A stretch of 64,000 nucleotides of DNA from a virus (IMGVR_UViG_3300036791_000462:43111-107110), one strand, 5' to 3'; positions 9,104-20,185 are shown, numbered from the stretch's first letter. Notes: generated by a model from the sequence alone, not told the origin. A program made the numbers and translations.

Positions 9104-10855
9104 TCAGGTCGCCTGAATCCGGACGTGCATCGCCTTGCGGTTCAGCACGACGCGGACCTGGTGCCCGTTGCGGATCAGACGGCGCAGAACGCCGCATGTC
9201 TGGCCCTTCCCATTCAGTTCGCGAATGAGAACCTCACATGAGGTCTTCGAGCCCTTCGAGTTGAGCCACAGCACGTTGCGATGACCCTTGCGCAGGTAGC
9301 TCACTCGCTCGCCAACGAGGCAGCGCAGCACCGGCGGCTTGCTACCAGTGGGGGCCACGTACGGAGGCGGCGTGTCAACGACAGGCATCGGGTAGACGCC
9401 CGGCATCGTCGGGGTCGTGACCGGCACGACAGTCGGCGCTGGGGTTGTCGCCCCGGTGCCTGAGCCCGTCCCTGAGCCCGTGCCCGTAGCGGGCGGGATG
9501 ACCGGCAGCGGCGGGGTGCCAGCAGTGGCGTTCGTGAACGTCACCTCGGTCACACCAGCGCTGATCGTGGCTGTGATCGTCCCTGCGGACAGGCTGTCCG
9601 AGACGAAGTCGGCCGATGGGTCAACCGCTTCGCCGATGACCGACAGTCCGGTCGTGGGCGTTTCGGTGATCGTCTCGGTCGCGCTGAGCGGGAACGAGCC
9701 CGCGATGGCGCAGAAGCCAGCCGGGACGCTCAGCGTCTGGCCGCCGATGGTGAACTTGAACACCTGGCCGACGGTGACGCCGGTACCCGCGTTCTTGCAG
9801 ACCTTCAGCAGACCCGGTGCGGCCGGGACGTTGGTGTAGAACACGTCCGTCTCGCCGGACCCGAGCGTCACGCTGACGTTCCCGCCATTGAGGTCGGTCG
9901 AGCCTGGCACCGCGCGGTTGTCGGTCACGTTGATCGCGCTGACAGCCGTGCCTGGGACGGCGGTTTCGTGGATGTTCAGAACGGTCCCGCCTGGGTACGG
10001 AGTCGGGATCAGCACACAGCTACCTGGGAACGGTTCGGCAACGGCGGTGTACGTGTTGCCGCCGACCGTGAACGAGTAGATCGTCCCGTTCAGGCTGGAC
10101 GCCCCCGCGATCTTGCAGATCTTCAGCCGCGAGGTTGAGTTGACGAACGTCTCGATGACTTCGTTGTTGACATCGGTGCCCTGCGGGACGTTGACCTCGG
10201 TCGTGTCAGCGGCGAGGTTGTCGGACAGCAGGTCGGTCGAGGGGATCGTGGAGACGGCCACCAGGTCGGTGTTGTTCGACCCGATCTCGTTGACCTGATC
10301 CGTTCCGGCTGGCACCCGGAACGAGTCCGAGCAAGCGCCGACCGGCACGCCCGAGACGACCTTGTCGAAGCCCATCGGCCCCTTGACCTCGAACGTGAAC
10401 GTGCCCGTCAACCCGGAGCCCTGCGCTGCTGATTTGCAGATCTCCAGAGTGCCGAACATCTCTTTGTTCGTGTATTCGACCGTGGTCGCGGTCGAGATGT
10501 CGCCCGCCGCGACCGTGACCACATCCGTGCGTGTGCTCAGGTTCGAGGACACGAGGTCGGCCTGCGGGATCGTGTCGGTCGCCGTCTCAGCCGTGAAGGT
10601 GTTCGACGCCTCCACGACCGTGTGGTTGCCAGCAGGCACCTGCAGCGGTGCCGAACACTGCCCGGTGAGCACAACTACCTGGTGCCCATCGACCGTGAAC
10701 GTGAACGGCCCCGTCACCGGCGCGGTGGAGTCTGAGTGCTTGCAGATCTCCAGGAATCCGGTTGGTACGGCGGTCGGTACGGACGCGCTCGCGAGCGCCG
10801 GTACGACCAGGGCGGCGACAGCGACAGCTACCGCCACCAGAATGACTTTCTTCAT
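9104..10855 (-). CDS. Secreted protein with four tandem Ig/prealbumin-like beta repeats, Pro/Thr linker and basic C-terminus
   Basis: Signal peptide MKKVILVAVAVAVAALVVPALASA; repeats L[EK][IV]CK...F.F.V.G...C...V.E...V.FTN. Confidence 0.7.
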   Translation of the reverse strand: MKKVILVAVAVAVAALVVPALASASVPTAVPTGFLEICKHSDSTAPVTGPFTFTVDGHQVVVLTGQCSAPLQVPAGNHTVVEASNTFTAETATDTIPQADLVSSNLSTRTDVVTVAAGDISTATTVEYTNKEMFGTLEICKSAAQGSGLTGTFTFEVKGPMGFDKVVSGVPVGACSDSFRVPAGTDQVNEIGSNNTDLVAVSTIPSTDLLSDNLAADTTEVNVPQGTDVNNEVIETFVNSTSRLKICKIAGASSLNGTIYSFTVGGNTYTAVAEPFPGSCVLIPTPYPGGTVLNIHETAVPGTAVSAINVTDNRAVPGSTDLNGGNVSVTLGSGETDVFYTNVPAAPGLLKVCKNAGTGVTVGQVFKFTIGGQTLSVPAGFCAIAGSFPLSATETITETPTTGLSVIGEAVDPSADFVSDSLSAGTITATISAGVTEVTFTNATAGTPPLPVIPPATGTGSGTGSGTGATTPAPTVVPVTTPTMPGVYPMPVVDTPPPYVAPTGSKPPVLRCLVGERVSYLRKGHRNVLWLNSKGSKTSCEVLIRELNGKGQTCGVLRRLIRNGHQVRVVLNRKAMHVRIQAT

Positions 10856-11795
10856 GCGAAGAACTCTCCCGTCACAAGATTTACAGAGAAACAGTTGATC
10901 CGTTGTGTCTCGTTTCTGCTAATTGCCCCCTCCCGAGCCCAGCGTCTGCGCAGCGGTTAGCTGCTCCACTTACACAGACAGTGGACTTAGATCAGCTTTA
11001 CCAGGTGCCACGGTGCCATCGCGGCGGGGGGATCTTACTCCCTGTGACGAACCCAACCAGGGTTTTTCTGGTGATCGTCTGTGGTCACCTCTCGCGCTCC
11101 CGATAGCCGCAGCCGCAGCACACGCGGTAGATCCGCCACGGCAGCCAGCCACGCACCCGAATGAAGTTGTGCCCCAACTCGCCCCACTTCGGACAGACGC
11201 TCATGGCGGCGTGCGGTTCGCGTCGGGGTGAGCGGCAAGCCAGTTCCGGTGAAGTTCTGGCGTAAGCCTTGGATCGGGTTCCTTCGTCGCCCACAGGCGA
11301 CCCCGATGCGCGTTCCCTCGCGGCGTATGACAGCGCTCGCCGACGCCTGCGCCGCAACTAGGACAGCCAATCGCAAGCGCATACCGTTCTGCCTGCTCGC
11401 TCAAATCACCACAGCCCTTCGGCAGCCGTGCGGAGGTCGGCGATGAACTCCTCAACCTCGTCGCGCGAGTACAAGGCCGGTCCTTCGCTGTCGGCTGTCC
11501 CACCGTTCGCGCGGTACACGACCAGCACGCGGCGTTGGCGTTCGCGTGTCCCGTCGCCCCAGACCTGCTCGGCGATCACCCAGCCCTTGTCCTCGTCAAC
11601 CACCCTGTCCCCCGTTCGTGAGCGGGGCTCGCCCGAACAGGATGCAGATCGCCTCGGAGGCAAGCGTGTCGCAACCCGCCTCGCAGATCTCCCACGGCTC
11701 CGTGTGACCCAGCGCATCGTGCAGCCGCATCGACAGGCCCCAGTGGCGCTCAATCGGGATGTGCTCAAAGTCGAGCGTGCCGCCAGGCTCGGCCA

Positions 11796-12047
11796 TCAGT
11801 TCCACGGCGCGGCTCGGCGCATGTCGGCAAAGTGATCGTCGGGGGTGATCTCCGGGTGCATCCACTTCCAGATCTCCCAGCGCCCAAGAGCGAACACGAA
11901 GCCGATGCCGACGCCGACCGCGACCCCTTCCAGCGGCGTCACCGACACGAGCGTCAGGACGCCGAACACGACGGCGGCGCTGAGCAACGCGTTCGGCCAG
12001 TAGCGCGGTGTCCACGCCCGGCGGGTGCGACTGTAAAACCTACTCAT
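11796..12047 (-). CDS. Small membrane protein (2 TM)
   Basis: Hydrophobic LLSAAVVFGVLTLV and VAVGVGIGFVFALG. Confidence 0.45.
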   Translation of the reverse strand: MSRFYSRTRRAWTPRYWPNALLSAAVVFGVLTLVSVTPLEGVAVGVGIGFVFALGRWEIWKWMHPEITPDDHFADMRRAAPWN

Positions 12048-12652
12048 CGCCCACGATCCCGCGTCGTCGGCATTCGCGTTCAAGCTCCGCCATCAGCGAC
12101 CGTTCGGGCTCGATCCCACGCTTGAACTGGTGGCGGCGATCAAGCTCCTGGAGGATGTCCAGCAGGCAGTAGGCCTCGGCGTCGCTGAACCCGTCCCAGC
12201 GCTTGCGGCGGTCGCGGCGACGCAGGCGGCGCGGCTGTCTCGGCACGTCGGACAGCGTGGCATCCATCTGCGGCATCCGGAAGACCGTGGTGTCGTCAGC
12301 GTCGGCCATACGGCCCACCCGCGCGGTTGACCGCGTCGATCAGGTCCGGCATCGCGTTGAGAGCCGCCTGCCGGGAGATCGCCCGCATCCTGACCACGTC
12401 GCACGCGGCCTCCTCGATGTCGAGCAACTGCTCCAGCCGCTCTGTGCGCCAGCACGCCCTGAAACGCTCCCAGCGGGTTTTGGCCTGGTGGTAGCGACAG
12501 TAGGTGCCGCGCCCCGATTTCAGGATCGCGATGTGGTGGGTGCGGGTGCAACGGCCCACGTAATGCTTGCCCAGGCGCATGCGGCGGACAGCGGGGCGGG
12601 CTTCACCGCGAGAGCGGTCAGCCTTCATCTCGGTCCATCACCCTAACCCCGC

Positions 12653-12946
12653 CTACCGGGTTCCTATCCCGGAATCGGCCTGCTGACCGGCCGATACCTT
12701 GAGCAATTCCAGCAACTCCATCGCGCGGTCGTGCGTGTTGTTGAAGTCCTCCTCGTCGCCGTCCGGCGTGACCCATTCTTTGTACTGGTGCTCAGCGTCG
12801 GCGTAGACGCCGTCGATCTGTTTGTGACCCGCGACCCAGCGCACAAACTGGTTCAGCCACACGGCCTCGGTTTTCAGCCGCTCGTTCTCGACGGTCAACT
12901 GCTCGATCACGCGCTCGGCCGCTCGCATCGCTGGCGGTTGAGGCAT
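12653..12946 (-). CDS. Hypothetical protein
   Basis: 97 aa with coiled-coil-like N-terminus. Confidence 0.5.
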   Translation of the reverse strand: MPQPPAMRAAERVIEQLTVENERLKTEAVWLNQFVRWVAGHKQIDGVYADAEHQYKEWVTPDGDEEDFNNTHDRAMELLELLKVSAGQQADSGIGTR

Positions 12947-13125
12947 CAGTCAGTCGGCCTGCTGCTCGGCCGATGTCTCTGAGGTCTTCGTGCGCTTGGC
13001 GTTAGCGCGACTGATCGCCACCTGCTCGCGCACACGCAGGTCGGGGTTGCCCTCGTTCGCGTCGGCGTAAGCGCCGGGACCGATCACCTCGTCGCAGACC
13101 TGCCGGGCGATGTCCCACATGTGAT

Positions 13126-13178
13126 CTCCTCTCGGTCGGGAACCGGTTTGGAGCATAACGCACGACGGGTGATAGAGT
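13126..13178. promoter_or_regulatory. Divergent copy of the cassette (palindrome 13156-13174)
   Basis: TAACGCAC-GAC-GGGTGATA; -10 TATGCT on minus and TG-A-TAGAGT on plus, at a strand switch. Confidence 0.65.
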
Positions 13179-13320
13179 CCCGCGCTTCCTTACCGGTCGT
13201 TTAGCCACCAACGAAAGGAGCCGCACCACACGACCAACTAGCTGAGCCCCCGGAACGTAAGCGAGTACGGGAACAGGCTCGGCGTGCTGATCAGTGACCT
13301 CAGACCGTCAGGAGGAGTCT

Positions 13321-13914
13321 TTGAAACGCTTGACTCTCGCGGCCAGCATCTTTGCGCTGGCCGTTGCTCTACCTGGAGCCGCCGACGCGCGGTTATCCGA
13401 CGCGCAGTACCACGCCTACTACCACGCCTACGCGCACGTGGTTCAGCAGTTCGGCCTACGCGCCGCCGGTTGCAAGCTGATGGGTGCGGACCGCACCTGC
13501 CACGAACAGCCAACCGACCAGCGGGTGCTGGCCTCGACGGACGTGCTGCACAGGATCGTCGGGCCTGTCGCGTACCCAGCAGCGGCGCACCAGTCGCATC
13601 ACTTCCGTCCGAACCTGCCCGCGAGCACGCCGTCGGTGCCGACCCCGGCGATGAACGGACCGGTGCTCGCGTCCTACTACGACCTCTCCGGTGATGGTGC
13701 GTGCGGCGCACCGGCGCAGTCGGGCTACCAGTTCGCTTCGCTGATCCTGCCGTGCGGGACGCGGATCGTGATCTGCAACGGCTCGACGTGCGTGACCGCG
13801 ACGATGAACGACCACGGCCCCTACGTCGCTGGGCGCACGTTCGACCTGAATGTGGCGTTGAAGGATGCGCTGGGCTGCGGCGGGCTCTGTGAGGTGACCT
13901 GGCGACCAGCCTAG
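13321..13914 (+). CDS. Secreted RlpA-like double-psi beta-barrel (lytic transglycosylase/expansin-like) protein
   Basis: GGAGGAG then TTG start; signal peptide MKRLTLAASIFALAVALPGAADA; ASYY...LPCGTRIVI...NDHGPYVAGRTFDLN. Confidence 0.8.
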   Translation: MKRLTLAASIFALAVALPGAADARLSDAQYHAYYHAYAHVVQQFGLRAAGCKLMGADRTCHEQPTDQRVLASTDVLHRIVGPVAYPAAAHQSHHFRPNLPASTPSVPTPAMNGPVLASYYDLSGDGACGAPAQSGYQFASLILPCGTRIVICNGSTCVTATMNDHGPYVAGRTFDLNVALKDALGCGGLCEVTWRPA

Positions 13915-14189
13915 GATGTGTGCTGCGCCGCTCTCCCGTGCCCTTTCGAGCGGGACGCTCGTCGGGAGAGCGGCGCGAACGAATCTGTGGCGCAGCCGCC
14001 CGGCGGCCGGATCATCTGGCGGGTGCTCGCGTTCATGATCCGCGTTGACGGTGGGGTGGAGATCTCCGGGAACGTTCGCGACCTCGCCGACCTGATCGGC
14101 TGGATCGCGGTCGCGGTCAAGCACGGTGAGGCGACCGCCGCGTACGTGACCGACGAGACGCTCACGAGACTGCGAATCGAACTGCTGGA

Positions 14190-14378
14190 CTAGTCGATCA
14201 GCAGTCGCTGGCCCATGCCCATCCCCAGGCCGCGTCCGAACCTTTCAAAGCACGGAACGCATTGATACGCCCACGGTCCCATCGTGGTCGCGGCATCGTA
14301 CGCTGCCGGTCGTTCCTTGCAGATGTCGCAGGTCGGTCGTTCGCTGAGCACGTCGGTGGCGGTGTCGTCGTACAGCAC
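14190..14378 (-). CDS. Small zinc-finger protein
   Basis: CDIC...YDAAT..GPWAYQCVPC; follows the cassette at 14387-14433. Confidence 0.55.
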   Translation of the reverse strand: MLYDDTATDVLSERPTCDICKERPAAYDAATTMGPWAYQCVPCFERFGRGLGMGMGQRLLID

Positions 14379-14386
14379 GCGGCATT

Positions 14387-14433
14387 CCTCTCGGTCGGTG
14401 TCCCACCACCAGCATAGCGCACGTCGTGCGTTA
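14387..14433 (-). promoter_or_regulatory. Repeated cassette (palindrome 14415-14433)
   Basis: TAGCGCAC-GTC-GTGCGTTA, -10 TATGCT, CGACCGAGAGGA. Confidence 0.7.
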
Positions 14434-15069
14434 GCGCAATGGTTTGCGCGACACGCCTACGACGCGAGGTCCAGCGACCCCTGGCCCGTCAACCCGCGCT
14501 TCATCTTCTGCACACAGTCGTCGTGCGCGAACACGTCGAGGTAGCGGTACACAACCCGGTCGGACATGTCGCGGCGGTTACCTGACGCGCGCAGCCGCTT
14601 GCGGGCGGTGAAGCACGACGTGGCCTGCCACACCTGCAGCCCATCCGGGTCAATCGGCTTCTTGCAGAAGAAACAGTTCATGGCTCTCCTCGGTCGCGGG
14701 ACATCCCGTCGCGAAATGTACGCGCAGCCGCAGACACCGCCCTTCCAAGACGCACGAACCAGGCTCCCAGGCGTTTGCAGGCTCCCTGAGCCCACCTCAG
14801 CGCCGTGGCGGCGATCCCAGCGACCCACACGGCCCCTGCAGCGACCAGCGCGCCGAGCGCCAGCACAGCCGCCCAGAGGCGCATCAGCACCGTCGGCCGC
14901 TCCAGTTGGATCCTCGGCGGTCCTGTCTGCCACTCCGGTTTGAAGCCGCTGACCCACATCGTTTCGGACCGGTGGCAGCGTTCGCACACGCGCGTCCTTG
15001 TCGGCAGGTCCGAGCCGTTGCGCCAGTCGGAGAACTCGTGGCCGTACAGCGCGCAGCGAACCCTGCCGG

Positions 15070-16089
15070 TCAGAGATACTCGCGGTTGGCGATCACCTGG
15101 TCGCGGTATTTCGGTGGCAGTGTCTCGCACAGAAGCAGCCGGTCGGACGATTCGCGCGCCTGCTCGATCTCACCGAGATGCCAGGCGGCGATGGATAGCT
15201 CAAATTCGCAGCCCCATTCGTACACCCAGCGGTGGACGAACAGCGCGTCTTCGGACATCGGGATCCGCGTGCCACGCTCAGCGACAACGTGCGCGGCGGC
15301 CCAGAACGCACGGTGACGCATCCGCCACGCGATCTCGTACAGCGGCTCGGCTCTGCTCGGGCGAAAGCTCCACGCTGCCAGCAGCCGCTCGATGTCGCCG
15401 GTCAGCTTGCCGATCTCGTACAGCGCGCAGAAGTGCTCCTCGGTCCAGCCGCCGAGCGCGGCGCGGTGCTCGTAGACGCTGAGCGCCTCGTCGCGACGGC
15501 CGAGGTCGCGCAGCGTGTTCGCGAGGTAGAAGACGGTGCGCGGGTCGTTGGGGTGGCGCTCGTTCTCGTCGGACAGGAGCTTCAGGTCACGCTCGAACTT
15601 CTCCGGGCGATGCCCACCATCGCCGCTGTGCAGCACCGTGATCGACCGCAGACGCTGCGGCGGGATCTCCGCCTCGTTCGTCGCGATGTACTCGTGCGTC
15701 GGCCCCACGAAAAACCAGTGTTTGTGACCTGACACCAATCGTTTGATCCAATACTCCGGGTCACCCTCATGGCGCAGCATGTAACTATCCACCGCAAGGT
15801 TCAGTTCGACCTCGTCGTATGTGACAGTGTGGTCGGCGTCGAGCAGCAGCAGCCAGTCAGCTTTCCCGTACGCCAACTCCATCAGTTCGGTGCGGTTGTG
15901 ACCAAAGTTCACCCATTCGCGTTCGTGCAGTTCACCGGGTATTCCGCTGCTTTCGATCAGGCGTTGGGTGCCGTCCTGGCTGCCGGTGTCAACGACCACA
16001 AACCTGTCCACCAGGCGGCGAACAGACTCCAGGCAGCGAACAATCGTGCTCGCCTCATCCCGAACGATCATCGCCAGCGCGATGCTCAG
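15070..16089 (-). CDS. Glycosyltransferase family 2 with C-terminal TPR repeats
   Basis: LAMIVRDE, VVVDTGSQDGT, WVNFGHNR, LLLDAD (DxD), HEY, TPR-like FYLANTLRDLGRRDEA. Start uncertain (possible CTG at 16089). Confidence 0.85.
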   Translation of the reverse strand: MSIALAMIVRDEASTIVRCLESVRRLVDRFVVVDTGSQDGTQRLIESSGIPGELHEREWVNFGHNRTELMELAYGKADWLLLLDADHTVTYDEVELNLAVDSYMLRHEGDPEYWIKRLVSGHKHWFFVGPTHEYIATNEAEIPPQRLRSITVLHSGDGGHRPEKFERDLKLLSDENERHPNDPRTVFYLANTLRDLGRRDEALSVYEHRAALGGWTEEHFCALYEIGKLTGDIERLLAAWSFRPSRAEPLYEIAWRMRHRAFWAAAHVVAERGTRIPMSEDALFVHRWVYEWGCEFELSIAAWHLGEIEQARESSDRLLLCETLPPKYRDQVIANREYL

Positions 16090-16963
16090 GACCGCCCCCG
16101 CCTTCGGCTCTCGCGTGCCATCGGTAGCAGGATCAGCAGCAGGTATGCGACACAGCCCACCTGCAACCCCGAACCGGCCATCAGGCGTCGCCCCACCATT
16201 CCTCGTCCTGGGTTTCGGTGTACCAGCGCGAGCCGTGCTGAGGCATTGGTCGTGCGCTCCGTCCGTGCGGGCCGGGGAGCGCCCCGGCTGCCCACGCTGT
16301 GCCACTGGGCGGGCATGACTGGCTACCCCGCAGGTGGACCGGGTCAGGGGTGGTGCAAGCATCGGCGATGGCGTCGAGGCGACGCAGAGCGTGCTCGCGA
16401 GCGAGGTCGTGCGTGAAGGTCATCCGCCGCTCCGAAGCGGCTGTCGGTGGGCCATCCGTACAGCCTCTTTCCACCGAGCCCATGTCCCCGACGGCGGCTC
16501 ACCTTCGCGCCCTGGGAACTCGACCACCTTCTTGCAAATGGTGCAGACCGCGACACCATCGGGGTATCGCGTGAGGTCGTGAACCGGCTGGCCTGGTCGG
16601 CATACCTTCCGGACTCCTGAGCCGCCGCACGTCGGGCATGTATCGACCGGCGGGTCGTCCAGCCACTCGGGTCTGTGGCTCACGCCCGTGCCATCGCAGT
16701 CGGAGCATTGCATCAGCGTCTCCACCCGATCACGAGCGCGCGCTGGGACAGGTACTCGCCCCACTCGTTGCGACGCCACGGGCGCAGGATGATCGCCTTG
16801 CTCGCATACCGGTTGCCCTCGCGGTCCAGCGTTGTGGCCTCGTCCACGATCCGGTAGCAGGTGCCCTGAATGCAGGTCGTGACGATCAGCCGCCCGAAGC
16901 GCTGGGCACGGAAGCGGTAGCGTCGCTCGGGTTCACGGCCCGCGCTCCTGCTCGCATAGTCGT

Positions 16964-17518
16964 TCATGCCTGCGACCGCCACGACGACGCCCACATGAAC
17001 GGGAACCCAGCGAGCTTCGCGCACTGCTCATCCTCAGGCCGGTCGCCGACGAACAGTCCCAGATGCGGCGGGTACATCTCGTCGTAGCGGTGGGCGATGT
17101 CGAGCGCCGCTTCGATCAGCAGCCCCGGCGATGGTTTGCGACACCAGCACCACGCCATCTCGGGGTCATCAGCGTGGGGGTGATGGGAGCACCACGCGAG
17201 CTTGTCGAACAGCTTGTCGGCCTGGTTGTACGTCTCGGTCATCGCAGCCTGCACCAGGCCGTAGCTGACGAGCCCAAGCGCGATCCCGCCCTGGTTCGAG
17301 ACGCCGATGATCCTGCCGCCCTGGCGTTTCCAGACGCGCATCCGCTCCACGGCTTCGGGGAACACGACCACGTCCTCGGGGCCGTTCACGAACCGGCCGA
17401 GCGGGTCGTCCTTGCCTTGGCGGACGGTGCCGTCGATGTCGAGCACGAGCAGCGGCACGCGCTTCTCGACAGCAAACTCGCTGGCCCGTGCTGCGGCTTG
17501 GCTTTGGCTCATAGCCAT
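16964..17518 (-). CDS. HAD-superfamily IIIA phosphatase (GmhB/histidinol-phosphatase-like)
   Basis: LDIDGT, VSNQGGI, CSHHP...CWCRKPSPG, FVGDRPED. Confidence 0.85.
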   Translation of the reverse strand: MAMSQSQAAARASEFAVEKRVPLLVLDIDGTVRQGKDDPLGRFVNGPEDVVVFPEAVERMRVWKRQGGRIIGVSNQGGIALGLVSYGLVQAAMTETYNQADKLFDKLAWCSHHPHADDPEMAWCWCRKPSPGLLIEAALDIAHRYDEMYPPHLGLFVGDRPEDEQCAKLAGFPFMWASSWRSQA

Positions 17519-17976
17519 CCCATTCGCTTCGCGGTGTTGTACAGCAACAGCCGGACCTCCGGGCCGTAGTCAAACCGTGTCGAGTTCTGCACGATGCTGC
17601 GACCCAGGTCACCGTCGGCGTGGCGGAGCGTCGCGGCTTTCCAGTCGGCGAGCATCTCCAGCACCTGGATCAGGTCCATGTCCCGCATCCCGTTCTCGAA
17701 ATGCTCGGGGTGATGGTCGTTCTGGCGGTAGTGGTGTTTCAGCCCCTCGCCCATCCCGAGCAGGAAACGCTTGTACTCCTCAGAGCCGTAGGTGCTGTCT
17801 CGCAGCTTCGGGGTGTACTCGTTGAAAACCGCCAGTTCGGGCTCGACCATCTTTGACTCGTCGTGGTGCTCAGCGCGGATCTGCAGGTCCACGATCACGG
17901 CTGCCAGCAGTTGCCGAACCTCGACTATGTGATCGAGCGTGTCCCGGCGGCTGTCGTAGCTCGTTGCCTCAGCCAC
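17509..17976 (-). CDS. HD-like protein (DUF5662-like)
   Basis: HHDESK, HHYRQNDHHPEHF, EMLADW. Confidence 0.7.
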   Translation of the reverse strand: MAEATSYDSRRDTLDHIVEVRQLLAAVIVDLQIRAEHHDESKMVEPELAVFNEYTPKLRDSTYGSEEYKRFLLGMGEGLKHHYRQNDHHPEHFENGMRDMDLIQVLEMLADWKAATLRHADGDLGRSIVQNSTRFDYGPEVRLLLYNTAKRMGWL

Positions 17977-18827
17977 GCGCGTAGCCCTCGATACCGAACT
18001 CGGCGAGGAGCGCGATCACGCCCTCGCTGATCTCACGGTCGGGCATCACCACGTCGGGAGCTTCGCGCATCACCGCGCCCGAGCCCGCACCGGCCGCCTG
18101 GAACGCGATCTCGCGGACACGGTCATCGAACCCGCGTTTGCGCTCGGTGCGGACGCCCTCGTCGTAGCCGGACATGATCGCGTTCGCGAACCAGCCGATC
18201 ATCGTGCCCTCGTCCGTCGGGATTCCGGGGTTCAAGCGGACGATCCGGGCGAACTCCTGCGCCCACGTCTGCGCGTCGGTGTTGCCGACTAGCTCCATCT
18301 CAACGTTGCTCACGGCATCTCCCTCGTGTGAGGCTTGGGCCTTCAGGTATCGGTAGCGCCGCTCGGCCACGCGGCCCGGTTCATCGTTACTCACGCTCAC
18401 GGAAGCTCCTTCATTCGGTGATCCACACACTCCTGGAACTCCGCTGCGAACCTACCGCCGCCACGAGCCGCCAGGCCGAATATCTGCGTCACGATCCCCG
18501 CTGCGCCATCAGGGCCGAACAGGTACATCTGCTTGACGCGGTCGGTGGCGTAGTTGATCCGGCCCTCCATGATCAGCGCCATCGACGGGGCCTCGTCGCG
18601 TTTGGAGTCCACCAGGATCACCTCGTTGTAGTCGAGCAGCACCGCGCCGCGCATGTCGAGCAGCGAGTCGCCCCGGCCGTACGGGGAGCCGCCGACGCTG
18701 TCACCGCCGCTGCGAGCCGGATCGTGAAGTTGTTCGGCGTGCTCGCGCATCACCGCGCGCAGGCGTTCCACCTCACGCGCAAGGTCGGCTTTCGGCCAGT
18801 CCATCAGACGGGCGGGAGGCGGTCCGC

Positions 18828-19301
18828 TCACACTGTTTCCGGCAGCGCCAGCAGCGGCGCTTCTAGCTCGATCCGGCCGTCGTGAGCAAGCTCCTCGTAG
18901 ACGGTCCTGTTGGTGCGCGGGTTGATCAGGTGCGGCAGGAACGCCTGCTCGAAGCTCTCCAGACCCTCGTCCACGGCCACCATCCGGGCCTTGAGGTTCC
19001 ACGCCAAGACACGCCAGATCCGCCGCTCCTCCTGCGCGTACATCTCGTTGCGAATCTGGGCGACGGTTTTGACGTGCGCGCGCACCGCTTTGGCTCGCAC
19101 GTCGTGCTCGTTGACGAGCGTCAGCGGCACGCGCATGCGCACGGTGTGAGCCTTGATCGTGAACGTGATCGCTGCCCACCGCCAGTTGCCTTCGCGCTCC
19201 TCACCGAACGCGAGCCGGTCAGCGCCGTGGTCTTGCAGCAGCTTGCGGATCTCCGCCTGCGAGCGTTCAACTGCGACGGTAGTGGTTGCGTATGCGGTCA
19301 T
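18828..19301 (-). CDS. Conserved phage hypothetical protein
   Basis: YATTTVAVERSQAEIRKLL...WRVL...LKA...SFEQAFLP. Confidence 0.6.
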   Translation of the reverse strand: MTAYATTTVAVERSQAEIRKLLQDHGADRLAFGEEREGNWRWAAITFTIKAHTVRMRVPLTLVNEHDVRAKAVRAHVKTVAQIRNEMYAQEERRIWRVLAWNLKARMVAVDEGLESFEQAFLPHLINPRTNRTVYEELAHDGRIELEAPLLALPETV

Positions 19302-19706
19302 GTCGCACTTGGCCCCCGGCTCGTGGCTTCGGATAGCGCTCGTCGCGTTTCGGCTTCGATCTCCTCAAGCCATGCCGACGTTTGGAGCGCCTGAGCGCTG
19401 TCGGCAGGGAGCATTTTGGCTTGGTTCATGTGCTCGACCGTGGCCCGTAAGAACACGGCGGCAGCGAAAGACAGGGTGACCGTGACTGACGCTTCGCTTC
19501 GGCCCATCAGGATTCGGACTCGGCGCACATCGGGCAGCGGTAGCGCTCGGCAAACTCGCGCCACAGGGATTCGGTCATCCCGACCTTGGCGGCTGCCGGT
19601 GGGATGTCCGGCAGGAAGTCGAGCAGCGTGCCGGTGCCGAGTGGTTGGTCGCAGGCGACGCATCGTGGGGGTTGGGCACGCACGACGCCTTGTGTTTCGT
19701 AGCTGC

Positions 19707-19997
19707 TCATACGCTCAGGTCGATGGCGTTGCGGTGATACCCGGAGTCGGGGTCGGCTTCGTGCTCGGCTAGCAGCCGCATCACCCGGTCGGTCACGAGC
19801 GGCTGTAGATCCTCGGGGACGCTGTCGTAGAAGGCCTCCAGCGGGATGCCCTGAAAGAACCCGCCGTCGCGGATGATCTCCTCGTCGGAGGGTTGCTTGG
19901 CGAACTCTTGCCAGAACGCCCCGTTGCATGGGTGGTCGTATCCAACGACAACTCGTTCCTGGCCGGTTGGGTATCTGCTCAGGATGATTCGGCTCAC
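19707..19997 (-). CDS. Hypothetical protein
   Basis: GTG after CGACCGAGGAG. Confidence 0.55.
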   Translation of the reverse strand: MSRIILSRYPTGQERVVVGYDHPCNGAFWQEFAKQPSDEEIIRDGGFFQGIPLEAFYDSVPEDLQPLVTDRVMRLLAEHEADPDSGYHRNAIDLSV

Positions 19998-20139
19998 GGC
20001 ATTGCTCCTCGGTCGGTGGGTAGAAAACCAACCCTAGCGTACGCACCTGACGTGTGTTAGGTTTCCCGCAACGAGCGGTCCTGAGTACGGCAGGGGAGCC
20101 GCCTCAAGCCAGCCTGTCGCCCCCGGCAGGCTCGCAGCG

Positions 20140-20185
20140 AACAGGAGCCCCGGTTCTGAGCACAATCAGCCGGGGCTCCTGTTTT
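20140..20185 (+). terminator. Strong hairpin with T tail
   Basis: AACAGGAGCCCCGG...CCGGGGCTCCTGTTTT. Confidence 0.65.

Noticed and set aside
13240-13320. c-di-AMP (ydaO) riboswitch or hammerhead ribozyme
   Set aside because: Consensus elements not matched (no CTGATGA...GAAA core, no ydaO motifs); kept only as an unnamed candidate.
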